Source of the DNA: an uncultured delta proteobacterium
GTDB lineage: Bacteria > Myxococcota_A > Polyangia > Fen-1088
Reading direction: 5' to 3'
DNA length: 64,000 nucleotides
Assembly: GCA_963737265.1 (NCBI GenBank)
Contig: CAVTRY010000017.1
Location: forward strand, 32,001-96,000
Position numbers and translations under genes: made by a program. Under the pieces are notes generated by a model. That model was given only the letters and a program-made list of their open reading frames with translations. It was not told the DNA's origin and searched no databases. Shown here one piece after another: positions 12,001 through 21,644 of this stretch. Position 1 is the stretch's first letter. Every line of letters starts with the position of its first letter.

Positions 12001-12130
12001 CTCGGTCGTAGAGGCCTTGGAAAGTGTAGGCATGGACGTTCTCGCCGTCGAGCCGACCGCGCCCGGCCGCGAAGAGACCTGGTTCATCGCCGCCGCTGTC
12101 GACGGCAAGGGCACCACCCGCGGAGCGTGA
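9029..12130 (+). CDS. MMPL/RND-type exporter fused to a C-terminal SAM methyltransferase
   Basis: Two multi-TM blocks (ITVDQG, GMGVDYS) followed by VLDIGCGFG and LDVIHH. Confidence 0.8.
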   Translation: MTAMAREATIRWPVLIVACVATGFLAWAGQYRLRIDTDITSAVPTGNIAFASARQVLARHPSLDRLVVNLSFRDGHAEPDALIAAGDLVVAELDRSGLFSSVGTAAAARGITAIYANMSAQLPLLFSQAELERDVAPRLEPAAVSARLASLAADVSDLAGIGGAARAAEDPLGLGEIALARLADLVPSQQGRIERGHILDTEGKNLLVSAIPRAATSDTRISHAIDDAIRALAQRLSSAKAGEVGAGVVLTSVGGYRAAIDNESLVMRDANLAMLASTIGIALLLLACFPRPWLGLFALLPALAGGCLALFVYSLFESDISALALGFGGALVSITVDQGAVYLLFVDRQKKTAGHRAAHEVFSIGSLSTVINIGSFLSLRLTGFHVLGQIGLFAALGIAFSYLFVHLVFPHIFPTVPAASRRAWVPVDSWLRRLTVGRGFRALTVGAVLFAIALVFARPTFVVDLEAMNTIRAETARDEAHVRTVWGDIFHRVYVLIDAKNDADFRRQSDIWLALVEREKSAGVLAHAFSPSALSPGPAVAAEHAAAWTRFWTNERLAQVSAALHQGAARVGFASDAFAPFLGRLSSPAVAVPAISDGIRALYGVGPGRDGRGVVWLGSVVPGPKYSPSAFAEEIHEAGLYVFDGGNFSQTLADFLAQSFRSMFVVVVCFVAGSVLLFFLDIRVAAIALAPMTFSFVLTIATLHLIGRPIDIVGLILSVLIFGMGVDYSFSFVRVYQRCLDEHHPSHGPVRTSIFLSASATLVGMATMSTAKHAVTRSAGIMATLAIGYCVAGAYLFLPPLLRHMYLPRPLPPPDRARPDRWVMKRFRRLSAYPRLFAWFKMRLDPMFPRLGDFLPETGTVLDIGCGFGVAAAWMLARSDGLRVVAVEPDEDRVVTARFVLGDRGVVHEGAAPEGLPMVDAAAVACLDVIHHLDDSKLAATLAHVRKCLSPGGRVILRTTLPGPGRIPFHRWYETRRLAMAGQAAHYRDRSSVVEALESVGMDVLAVEPTAPGREETWFIAAAVDGKGTTRGA

Positions 12131-12993
12131 GCGTGCTGTTCTACCGAGCCCTTGCCCAATTATCCCGCATGGTGGGGCTGTGGATCGTGAAAGTCGTCGC
12201 CGCTGTTATTGCCACGGGCTACTTTTTGTGTCTTCCCACGCGCCTCGGGCATAGCGTGCGTTTCTATCGTGCACTCTTCCCCGCGCGGTCATCGCTTCAT
12301 GCGCTCTGGCTGGCCTGGCGGCAGTACCAGGACTTCGCTCGCCTCTACAGCGAACGGCTCGAGATCGAACGCCGCCCGGACATCACTTTCGAGAACGAGG
12401 GCGACGAGCATGTCGGGCAAGCGCGCGATGCCGGCCGAGGTGCGATTCTGGTCATGTCTCACTTTGGCCGCTGGGAAATTGGGGCGCGTTTGCTCGCCGG
12501 CCGGCAAGAGAAGCTGACGCTGGTGATGGGCGGGCACGCCAGCGGTGGCGCCCGCGCAGGCGTGGACAACGATTTGCGCCACGCTGGCGTCGGCGTCGTC
12601 ACCATTCCGGACGGTCAGGGACATGCCTTCGACATCCTCGAAGCACTCCAAATCCTTCGCCAGGGCGGTATCGTCTCGCTCGCCGCGGATCGGGCCTGGG
12701 GCGACGCGCGCGTACTACGCCTGCCTTTCCTCGGTCACACCGTCGCCGTCGCGATGGCACCCTTCGCGCTAGCCCTCGTGAGCGGTGCTCCTCTTCTCAC
12801 CGTGTTTGCGCTGCGGATCGGCCGACGCCACTATCGCTTCGTCAGCGATCCTCCCGTCATCCTCGCTGCCGGGGGCCGTCGCGACCGCCAGACCGTCCTC
12901 GAACAGGCCGCCGCCGCGTATTTGCGGCGCCTGCAGGTCATGGCCGAGTCCCACCCCGAGCAATGGCAGACCTTCGGGCGGTTCTTTCAATAG
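12127..12993 (+). CDS. LpxL/LpxP-family (lysophospholipid) acyltransferase
   Basis: SHFGRWEI, SLAADR and HPEQW motifs. GTG start overlaps the upstream stop. Confidence 0.8.
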   Translation: MSVLFYRALAQLSRMVGLWIVKVVAAVIATGYFLCLPTRLGHSVRFYRALFPARSSLHALWLAWRQYQDFARLYSERLEIERRPDITFENEGDEHVGQARDAGRGAILVMSHFGRWEIGARLLAGRQEKLTLVMGGHASGGARAGVDNDLRHAGVGVVTIPDGQGHAFDILEALQILRQGGIVSLAADRAWGDARVLRLPFLGHTVAVAMAPFALALVSGAPLLTVFALRIGRRHYRFVSDPPVILAAGGRRDRQTVLEQAAAAYLRRLQVMAESHPEQWQTFGRFFQ

Positions 12994-13017
12994 TCACTCG
13001 GAGAGCGAAGTTCCAAG

Positions 13018-13821
13018 ATGCCCAAAATCAAAGTCAAAGACGCAAGGATTCATTATCAAGCTCACGGTCACGGCGAACCGGTCCTGCTTATTCCGGGGCT
13101 AGCCAGCGACCTTTCGACCTGGAAGAAGGCCGTGCCTCAACTTGGGAAACATCACAAGGTCATCGCCCTCGACAATCGCGGCGCGGGGCTGACCGAGGCG
13201 CCCGGGACGGCGTTCACGATGAAGATGCTAAGCGACGACGCCGTCGGGCTGCTCGACGCATTGGAAATCGGCCGGGCGCACGTTATCGGCTGGTCCATGG
13301 GTGGCAGCGTGGCGCAGGAGCTTGCCCTTCGCTACCCTGAACGGCTGGGCGCGCTCGTGCTCATGTCGACATTCATGAGGACACCCGACCGCTCGCGGGT
13401 TGCCATCGACGCCATGATTCACTCGGGTCGGGAGGGAGCAAGCGTCCATGCGTTTTTGGCCATGATGCAGACCTGGTGTTCGACCCACGCGGCGTTTAAA
13501 GGCAGAAGCCTGTTGCTGGGCGCCGAGGCAAGCGCCGATCTGCCTGCGTCGCACAGTCTTGCCATCGAGGGGTTTGCCCGTCAAAAGCACGCCCTGGACG
13601 GCTTCGACACGCGAAGCCGGGCGAAAGAACTGTCGTGTCCGACCCTGGTGGTCCACGGAACCCACGACATCATGGTTCCGCCGAGTTTTGGCCAAGAGCT
13701 CGCCGCGCAGATCCGGGGCGCGGAGTTTTGCTGGGTCGAAGGCGCGGGGCACTTCCTGCCATCGTCGGGTTGGCTGGCGCCGGTGCTCAGTTTCCTCGCC
13801 CGGCATCCCTTGCCGGTCTGA
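13018..13821 (+). CDS. Alpha/beta fold hydrolase
   Basis: DNRGAG, GWSMGG nucleophile elbow, HGTHD and GAGH. Confidence 0.9.
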   Translation: MPKIKVKDARIHYQAHGHGEPVLLIPGLASDLSTWKKAVPQLGKHHKVIALDNRGAGLTEAPGTAFTMKMLSDDAVGLLDALEIGRAHVIGWSMGGSVAQELALRYPERLGALVLMSTFMRTPDRSRVAIDAMIHSGREGASVHAFLAMMQTWCSTHAAFKGRSLLLGAEASADLPASHSLAIEGFARQKHALDGFDTRSRAKELSCPTLVVHGTHDIMVPPSFGQELAAQIRGAEFCWVEGAGHFLPSSGWLAPVLSFLARHPLPV

Positions 13822-13824
13822 GCG

Positions 13825-15462
13825 TCACGGTGCTTCTTCCGTCGCGTTGTCGGGCGCGTCGTTTTCCGCCGGCTTTTCCAGCACACCTTCTTCGTTGACG
13901 ACGGGTGCTGCCTTCTCGAATTTGAAGGCGAACGATAGCCCAAGGTTGACCTCGGTCAGCGCCATGAACGTGGGTGCGGTCGCGATCTCGTTGACGTCGA
14001 GGAACAGGCCCACGGTCCGGTTCAGGTGATAGATCGCGCCAGCGCCGATTAGGATGCCGACCGGGCCGCCGTGAATGGTGTCGCTGTGGGTGAGCACGCA
14101 ACTGTTGGTGTCGTTGCACTGCTTGGCGATGACAATGAGGAAGTTGTTGCCGCCACCTACGCCTGCCGAGGCATAGGTTTGCAGCGCGCCGCTAGTAAAG
14201 AACGTGTACCTAGCGCGCAAGTAGGCGGCAACGGCAGAAGTCAGCAGCGGCTTTCCGGTGTAACCGCTCGAGTCCGCCGTCGCATGCTGGTAGCGGCCCA
14301 TGGCCGACAGCGAAAGATTCGTGTCCCACTGGTAGCCAAGCTCGAACTCGAGTTGATAGGGCGTGGCCACGGTAAATCCCGACACCGAGTGGAGGCCGGA
14401 GTCGCCGTCGAGGGGCTCCGTGGTGTGGAAGCCGACGATGCCGCTGCCTCCGGCCAAGGAGAACCAGATGGCGCCGGGCTCGCGACGGTGGTTGCGACGG
14501 GCGTCCTCTTCATCCGCGGTCCTGGTCTTGAGGGTGTCGAGAATGTTCTCGTTGTCGGCCCTGGCCACGGTGTCGCCGCCCTTGATCATGAAGACGTTGG
14601 GCGAGTCCGAGCGCCCGAGCATCAGCGCCTCGCTTCCGCCGGGCAGGTGCGCCTCGATGTAGTACTCGAGCGACTTGCCCTTGATGGTGTCGCCTGGAAT
14701 GGAAGCCTGTAGCCAGCCCTTGATATTCCGCCGCATTGCCGCCGCGGTGAAATTCGCGCTCTTTCCGCCCTCGGGACGATAGTGGAGAACCGCGGTGGCC
14801 TTCTTTGGCTGCTTCTGCGTAACACAGCTAACGACGAGGTCCTGGCCGGGCGGAATCTCGAAGGGCAGGGGACAATAGAGCGGTGATGGCACCTTGGCCG
14901 GAAGGTCAGGATCGACGGCGTCGATCGCAATCTCGCGCGTGCCAAGGCCGCGTTCGCTGCTGGCGGATGATGGTTCAGTCGGTGAAGGCGCGGGCGCGTG
15001 CGCCGAAGCTGCCGAAGCGGTCATCTGTCGGCGCGCCAGCAGAAGGGCCGACTTGAGCGCCGGCGTCTCCACTTGTGGGGTGATGGCGATGTCGGGATCG
15101 ATCTTCAGGGCGAGCATGAACTGGCTCACGCCCTTGTCCCGATTCTTCTCGCCCGTCACGTACACCGCGGCGAGGTGAACATAGGTGCGCGCCATCATCT
15201 CGCCGCTTTCGATCTTGGCGTTCTTGGCCACCACCATCGCCTCGAGCAGGACATCCTTGGCCTCGCTGAACTTGCGTCCTCGGATGAGAGCGATGGCCTT
15301 CTGGTTGAGCTCGATCATCTGCGCCCACGCCTGGTCGCCTTGCTCGGCGTCCGCCTTGCCGGCTGCCAAGGTAACACGCGCCGGACCAAGGACCGCGCAC
15401 AAGGTGGTCGACGAGACAAGCAAGAACGTCAGCGAAAACTGGGACACCCGGGGCTGCTTCAT
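13825..15462 (-). CDS. Secreted TPR-containing hypothetical protein with a possible C-terminal beta-barrel
   Basis: Signal-like N-terminus, a TPR-like helix pair and a beta-rich C-terminus. Start uncertain. Confidence 0.6.
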   Translation of the reverse strand: MKQPRVSQFSLTFLLVSSTTLCAVLGPARVTLAAGKADAEQGDQAWAQMIELNQKAIALIRGRKFSEAKDVLLEAMVVAKNAKIESGEMMARTYVHLAAVYVTGEKNRDKGVSQFMLALKIDPDIAITPQVETPALKSALLLARRQMTASAASAHAPAPSPTEPSSASSERGLGTREIAIDAVDPDLPAKVPSPLYCPLPFEIPPGQDLVVSCVTQKQPKKATAVLHYRPEGGKSANFTAAAMRRNIKGWLQASIPGDTIKGKSLEYYIEAHLPGGSEALMLGRSDSPNVFMIKGGDTVARADNENILDTLKTRTADEEDARRNHRREPGAIWFSLAGGSGIVGFHTTEPLDGDSGLHSVSGFTVATPYQLEFELGYQWDTNLSLSAMGRYQHATADSSGYTGKPLLTSAVAAYLRARYTFFTSGALQTYASAGVGGGNNFLIVIAKQCNDTNSCVLTHSDTIHGGPVGILIGAGAIYHLNRTVGLFLDVNEIATAPTFMALTEVNLGLSFAFKFEKAAPVVNEEGVLEKPAENDAPDNATEEAP

Positions 15463-15669
15463 GATGGACGGATCCTCCGCGCGCAGTATAGTCGCTGCGT
15501 CCAATTTGGGGAGTCGTCTTGCACGATCCGCAGTCGAGACCATCGCGGTCAGGCCGGGCGTGGTGGAATTCGTTGCTCCTCGGTTACCTACGTCCAGGTT
15601 GCGCCCTCGTCGCGCCTCGCCGGCCGGGCGCCTCGGTGGCCGAAACATGGCCGCTCTTCTGCCGGGCTG

Positions 15670-17003
<1,334 letters not shown>

Positions 17004-17029
17004 GGGGGCGGATTTCTAATAACTGGACA

Positions 17030-19888
17030 TCAGTAGCTCGAGATCGGCGGGCACGCACAGATGAATTGGCGGTCGCCGAGGACATTGTCGAGGCGGCCCA
17101 CGGGCGGCCAGTATTTGTGCGTGCGCAGATAGGGCAGGGGATAGGCGGCGCGCTCGCGCGGGTAGGGATGGGGCCACTCGGCGGCGAGCAGCACCTCGGC
17201 GGTGTGGGGCGCATTCTTGAGCAGATTGCCCTCGCGCGGCTGCGCCTCGCTCTCGATCTCGCGGATCTCTTGCCGAATGGCGACCATGGCGTCGCAAAAA
17301 CGGTCGAGCTCGGTGCGCGATTCGCTTTCGGTCGGTTCGATCATCAGCGTCCCGGGAATGGGGAACGACATGGTCGGGGCGTGGAAGCCGTAGTCCATGA
17401 GCCGCTTGGCCACGTCTTCCGCCTCGATGCCGGCGGACTTCTTCAGCGGACGCAGATCGACAATGCACTCGTGGGCGACGCGGCCCTGCTTGCCGCGATA
17501 GACGACCGGGTAGTGTTCGTCCAAGCGCTCGGCGATGTAATTCGCGTTCAGAATAGCGATCTTGGTCGCCTGGGTCAGCCCAGCGGCGCCCATCATGCGG
17601 GTATATGCCCATGCGACGAGCAGGATGTTGGCATTGCCCCACGGCGCCGCCGACACCGCGCCGATGGCTTGTTCGGAGCCGACTTGGATCACGGGGTGAC
17701 CGGGCAGGAAGGGCACGAGGTGCTGAGCCACGGCGATGGGGCCGGCGCCGGGACCGCCACCGCCGTGGGGACTGGCGAAGGTCTTGTGCAGGTTGATGTG
17801 GCAGACGTCGGCGCCAAGCTCGGCCGGCCGGCACAGTCCGACCTGACCGTTCATGTTGGCGCCGTCCATGTACACCTGGCCGCCGTGCTCGTGGATGACC
17901 GCGCACAGCTTCTGCACGTCTTCCTCGAACACCCCGTGGGTCGACGGGTAGGTCAGCATCAAGGCCGCCAGGCGATCGGAATGCAGGGTGGCCTTGGCGG
18001 TGAGATCGGCCAGATCCACGTTGCCGCCGTCGTCGCACGCCACGACCACGACTTTGCATCCCGCCATCGTCGCCGAGGCCGGGTTGGTTCCGTGGGCCGA
18101 CGACGGAATCAAGCACACGTCGCGCTGGCCCTGGCCGAGGCTCGCCTGGTACTTGCGGATGACCAGCAAGCCGGCGTATTCGCCCTGCGAGCCGGCATTG
18201 GGCTGAAGCGAAACGCCGTCGAATCCGGTAATTTCGCCCAAGAACATTTCCAAGTCCGTCACGATGGCAACGTAGCCCTCGGCGTACTTGCACGGAACGA
18301 AGGGATGGATGCCGTTCCATTCGGGCCAGGTCAGCGGCAGCATTTCAGCCGCAGCGTTGAGCTTCATCGTACACGAGCCGAGGGGAATCATGGAGTCGGC
18401 AAGCGACAAATCCTTGGCCTGCAAGCGGTGCATGTAGCGCAACATCTCGGTTTCCGAGCGGTAGGCCGAAAAGATCGGGTGCTGCAAGAATGCGCTCGCG
18501 CGCGCGAACGCGGGCGGGATGGCCGGCGCGGCTTCGTCGAGCTTGGCCGAGGCCGCGTTGGCGGGCGCCACCACGCGCACGATGGCTTCGACCTCCGCGG
18601 GCGTGGTGGTTTCGTCAAGGGTGATGGTGAGCGCCGTGTGAGAAAGCTGGCGCAGGCAAATGCCCGAGGCTTCGGCGCGCGCGTGGCAGGCCGCGATGGC
18701 CGGGGCCGTCGCATCGACGCGAACGGTGTCGAAGAGCGACGTCGTCGCGATCCGGACGCCGGCACTGCTCAGCGCCTGTGCGAGGGTGGCCGCTCGGGTG
18801 GCAATCCTGGTCGCGATAGTCCGGATGCCCTCAGCGCCGTGGTAGATGGCGAACATGCTCGCCATGACGGCGGGTAGGACCTGCGAGGTGCAGATGTTGC
18901 TGGTGGCCTTCTCGCGCCGGATGTGTTGCTCCCGCGTTTGCAAGGCCAGACGGAAGGCGGTGCGACCGTGTGAATCGCGCGAGACGCCGACGAGGCGGCC
19001 GGGCATTTTGCGGGTGTATTCCTTGCGCGTGGCAAAGAACGCCGCGTGCGGACCGCCGTAGCCCGGTGGCAAGCCAAACCGCTGCACGCTGCCGAGCGCG
19101 ACGTCGGCGCCGAATTCTCCCGGCGGCACCAGCAGCGCGAGCGCGAGCAGATCGGCAGCCACGGCCACACGAGCACCCGCCGCGTGCGCATTGTCGCAGA
19201 ACCCGCGGTAATCGAACAGCTTGCCGTCGGTGGTCGGGTATTGCACTAGTGCCCCGAACACCTTGGCGGAAAATTCGGAAAACTCGAATGTGGCGTGGTC
19301 GCCGACCACGACTTCGATCCCGCACGATTGGGCGCGCGTGCGCACCACCGCGATGGTCTGCGGGTGGCACAGCTCCGAAATGAAAAAAGTGTTGGCCTCG
19401 TCGTGCTCCGCCAGTCCGGCGAACATGTGCATGGCCTCGGCGGCCGCCGTCGCTTCGTCGAGCAGCGAGGCACCTGCGACATCGAGCCCGCACAGACCCA
19501 TCACCATGGTTTGGAAGTTGAGCAGCGCCTCGAGGCGGCCTTGAGAGATCTCGGCCTGGTAGGGCGTGTAGGCGGTGTACCAGCCCGGATTCTCCAGGAT
19601 GTTGCGCTGGATCACCGGCGGCAGGATGGCGTCGGTGTAGCCCATGCCGATGTAGGCGCGCACGCGCCGGTTGCGGCTGCCGAGGCGGCGCAGTTCGGTA
19701 AGGGCTTCGTGCTCGGACAGGGCGGGCGGCAGGTCGAGCGGATGGCGTGTGCGAATCGACTCGGGCACGGCCTGCCCGATCATCTCGTCGAGCGAGGCGG
19801 CGCGCACCACGCGCAACATCTCGGCCAGATCCGCTGGTCTCGGGCCGATGTGGCGAAGGATGAACTCGTCCTGGGTTGTATCGGCCAT
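17030..19888 (-). CDS. gcvP: Glycine dehydrogenase (decarboxylating), P protein
   Basis: [33 protein letters not shown] and NLHKTF motifs, 952 aa. Confidence 0.97.
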   Translation of the reverse strand: MADTTQDEFILRHIGPRPADLAEMLRVVRAASLDEMIGQAVPESIRTRHPLDLPPALSEHEALTELRRLGSRNRRVRAYIGMGYTDAILPPVIQRNILENPGWYTAYTPYQAEISQGRLEALLNFQTMVMGLCGLDVAGASLLDEATAAAEAMHMFAGLAEHDEANTFFISELCHPQTIAVVRTRAQSCGIEVVVGDHATFEFSEFSAKVFGALVQYPTTDGKLFDYRGFCDNAHAAGARVAVAADLLALALLVPPGEFGADVALGSVQRFGLPPGYGGPHAAFFATRKEYTRKMPGRLVGVSRDSHGRTAFRLALQTREQHIRREKATSNICTSQVLPAVMASMFAIYHGAEGIRTIATRIATRAATLAQALSSAGVRIATTSLFDTVRVDATAPAIAACHARAEASGICLRQLSHTALTITLDETTTPAEVEAIVRVVAPANAASAKLDEAAPAIPPAFARASAFLQHPIFSAYRSETEMLRYMHRLQAKDLSLADSMIPLGSCTMKLNAAAEMLPLTWPEWNGIHPFVPCKYAEGYVAIVTDLEMFLGEITGFDGVSLQPNAGSQGEYAGLLVIRKYQASLGQGQRDVCLIPSSAHGTNPASATMAGCKVVVVACDDGGNVDLADLTAKATLHSDRLAALMLTYPSTHGVFEEDVQKLCAVIHEHGGQVYMDGANMNGQVGLCRPAELGADVCHINLHKTFASPHGGGGPGAGPIAVAQHLVPFLPGHPVIQVGSEQAIGAVSAAPWGNANILLVAWAYTRMMGAAGLTQATKIAILNANYIAERLDEHYPVVYRGKQGRVAHECIVDLRPLKKSAGIEAEDVAKRLMDYGFHAPTMSFPIPGTLMIEPTESESRTELDRFCDAMVAIRQEIREIESEAQPREGNLLKNAPHTAEVLLAAEWPHPYPRERAAYPLPYLRTHKYWPPVGRLDNVLGDRQFICACPPISSY

Positions 19889-19898
19889 CGTGCGGCTA

Positions 19899-20294
19899 TT
19901 AGTCCTCGTTCTCTTTGAGAAAGGCTTCGTAGGTCGTACTGTCCATGAGCTTTTTCAGCTCGTCGGGGTTGGACAGCTCGATCTGGATCATCCATCCGCC
20001 ATCGTAGGGATCTTCATTTACATACTCGGGCGAGTCCTGCAGGGTCGTGTTCGCCTTCACGACCTTGCCCGAGACGGGCGCAAAGAGATCCGACACTGCC
20101 TTGACCGACTCGACCGAACCAAAGGCGTCGTGCTGCTTGAGGATTTCGCCCTCGCGCGGAAGGTCGACCTGGGTTACGTCCCCGAGCTGTCCCACGGCGA
20201 ATTGCGAGACGCCCACGGTTACCAGGTTGCCTTCCAGGCGTGCCCACTCGTGGTCCTCCGTGTAGAGAAGATCGTTCGGATACGTGTCGCTCAT
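19899..20294 (-). CDS. gcvH: Glycine cleavage system H protein
   Basis: [16 protein letters not shown] (lipoyl-Lys) and NEDPY motifs. Confidence 0.97.
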   Translation of the reverse strand: MSDTYPNDLLYTEDHEWARLEGNLVTVGVSQFAVGQLGDVTQVDLPREGEILKQHDAFGSVESVKAVSDLFAPVSGKVVKANTTLQDSPEYVNEDPYDGGWMIQIELSNPDELKKLMDSTTYEAFLKENED

Positions 20295-20309
20295 GTTCGT
20301 TGCTGGCTC

Positions 20310-21434
20310 CTACGTGTTTTGCCGTCGGTAGAACGGCCCTTGGATGACTTCTGCTTGCGCGGGCTTGCCGCGACAGTCGATGACGATGCGCGTGCCGGGT
20401 TTGGAGTGGCTGGTAGGCAGGTAGCCCATGCCGATGTTCTTGCCGACCGTGGGGCCGACGGTGCCCGAGGTGACTTCGCCCAGGCGCGCACCGCTTTGCA
20501 CGTCGGTAATGGCATAGCCGTGTCGGGCGATGCCACGCTCGCGCATCTCGAATCCAACTAGTTTGCGCGCGAGCCCGGCGGCCTGTTGGCGCAGCAGCGC
20601 CGGCTTGCCGATGAAATCCCCAGCGTCGAACTTGACGACCCAGCCGAGCCCGGCCTCGAGCGGCGTCGTGGTGTCGGAGAGATCGTTGCCGTACAGGCTT
20701 AGCCGCGCTTCCAGGCGAAGGGTGTCGCGCGCGCCGAGGCCGACCGGGCGGCCACCGACGGATCCGGCGGCCGCGACGAGCGCGTCCCACAGAAACACCG
20801 CGTCGTCCGGCGAGCCGAAGATTTCAAAACCGTCCTCGCCGGTGTATCCCGTGCGTGCAATCCAAGAGGGTTTCCCCGCCACGTGCTTGCCGGTGACGAA
20901 GTAAAATGGGGGCAGCGCCGCGAGGTCGGCATCGGTCAGGCCCGCCAAGACCGCCGCGGCCTTGGGGCCTTGAAATGCAATGAGCGAGGTCGCGTCGGAC
21001 TCGTTGCTGATCTGGCAGACCGCACCGACATTGTCCACGAAATGCCTGTAGTCTTTGTCGATGTTGGAGGCGTTGACGACGATGAGGAAGTGGTCGTCGG
21101 CAACGCGGTAGACGATGAGGTCGTCCACGATGCCGCCCTCCGGATGGCAGGCGACTGCGTACATGGCGCGGCCGTCGCGCATGCTGCCGACGTTGTTGGT
21201 GACCAAGCGCTGCACCGCTTCAGCAGCGCGCTGGCCTCGAAAATGGATTTCGCCCATGTGGCAGACGTCGAAGACGCCGACCGCGGCGCGCGTGGCCTTG
21301 TGTTCGTCGATGATGCCGGCGGGGTAGTTGACCGGCATCAGCCACCCGCCGAAGTCGATCAGTTTTGCGCCGAGACGCTGATGAGCGCCGTAGAGCGGCG
21401 TTTTCCTAGCTGGACTGCTGCTGGGGGTCCCCAT
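20310..21434 (-). CDS. gcvT: Aminomethyltransferase, T protein
   Basis: FDVCHMGE, RTGYTGEDGFE and GLGARDTLRLEA motifs. Confidence 0.97.
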   Translation of the reverse strand: MGTPSSSPARKTPLYGAHQRLGAKLIDFGGWLMPVNYPAGIIDEHKATRAAVGVFDVCHMGEIHFRGQRAAEAVQRLVTNNVGSMRDGRAMYAVACHPEGGIVDDLIVYRVADDHFLIVVNASNIDKDYRHFVDNVGAVCQISNESDATSLIAFQGPKAAAVLAGLTDADLAALPPFYFVTGKHVAGKPSWIARTGYTGEDGFEIFGSPDDAVFLWDALVAAAGSVGGRPVGLGARDTLRLEARLSLYGNDLSDTTTPLEAGLGWVVKFDAGDFIGKPALLRQQAAGLARKLVGFEMRERGIARHGYAITDVQSGARLGEVTSGTVGPTVGKNIGMGYLPTSHSKPGTRIVIDCRGKPAQAEVIQGPFYRRQNT

Positions 21435-21644
21435 GGGCGGACGCGATCATGCGGAAAAGCGCCGCCAGGCACAAGCGAAAGTACAGGAAGTTGAAGAAAG
21501 TTGGGCGAGGCGCGCGATAACTTGCCAGTCGCGGTTGACGGCCGTTGGCGCGGCCCCTATTGTCAGGCAAAAGTTGATGGTTGCGGTGTCGAGGCTAGCC
21601 CTTAGTTGCTTAGGACCGTCATGCACGGAGGCTATGCGGAGGTA

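Noticed and set aside
17066-18877. Long antisense ORFs (e.g. 603 aa opposite gcvP, 560 aa at 21786-23468, 520 aa at 56017-57579)
   Set aside because: Shadow ORFs expected from high-GC codon bias opposite well-supported genes.
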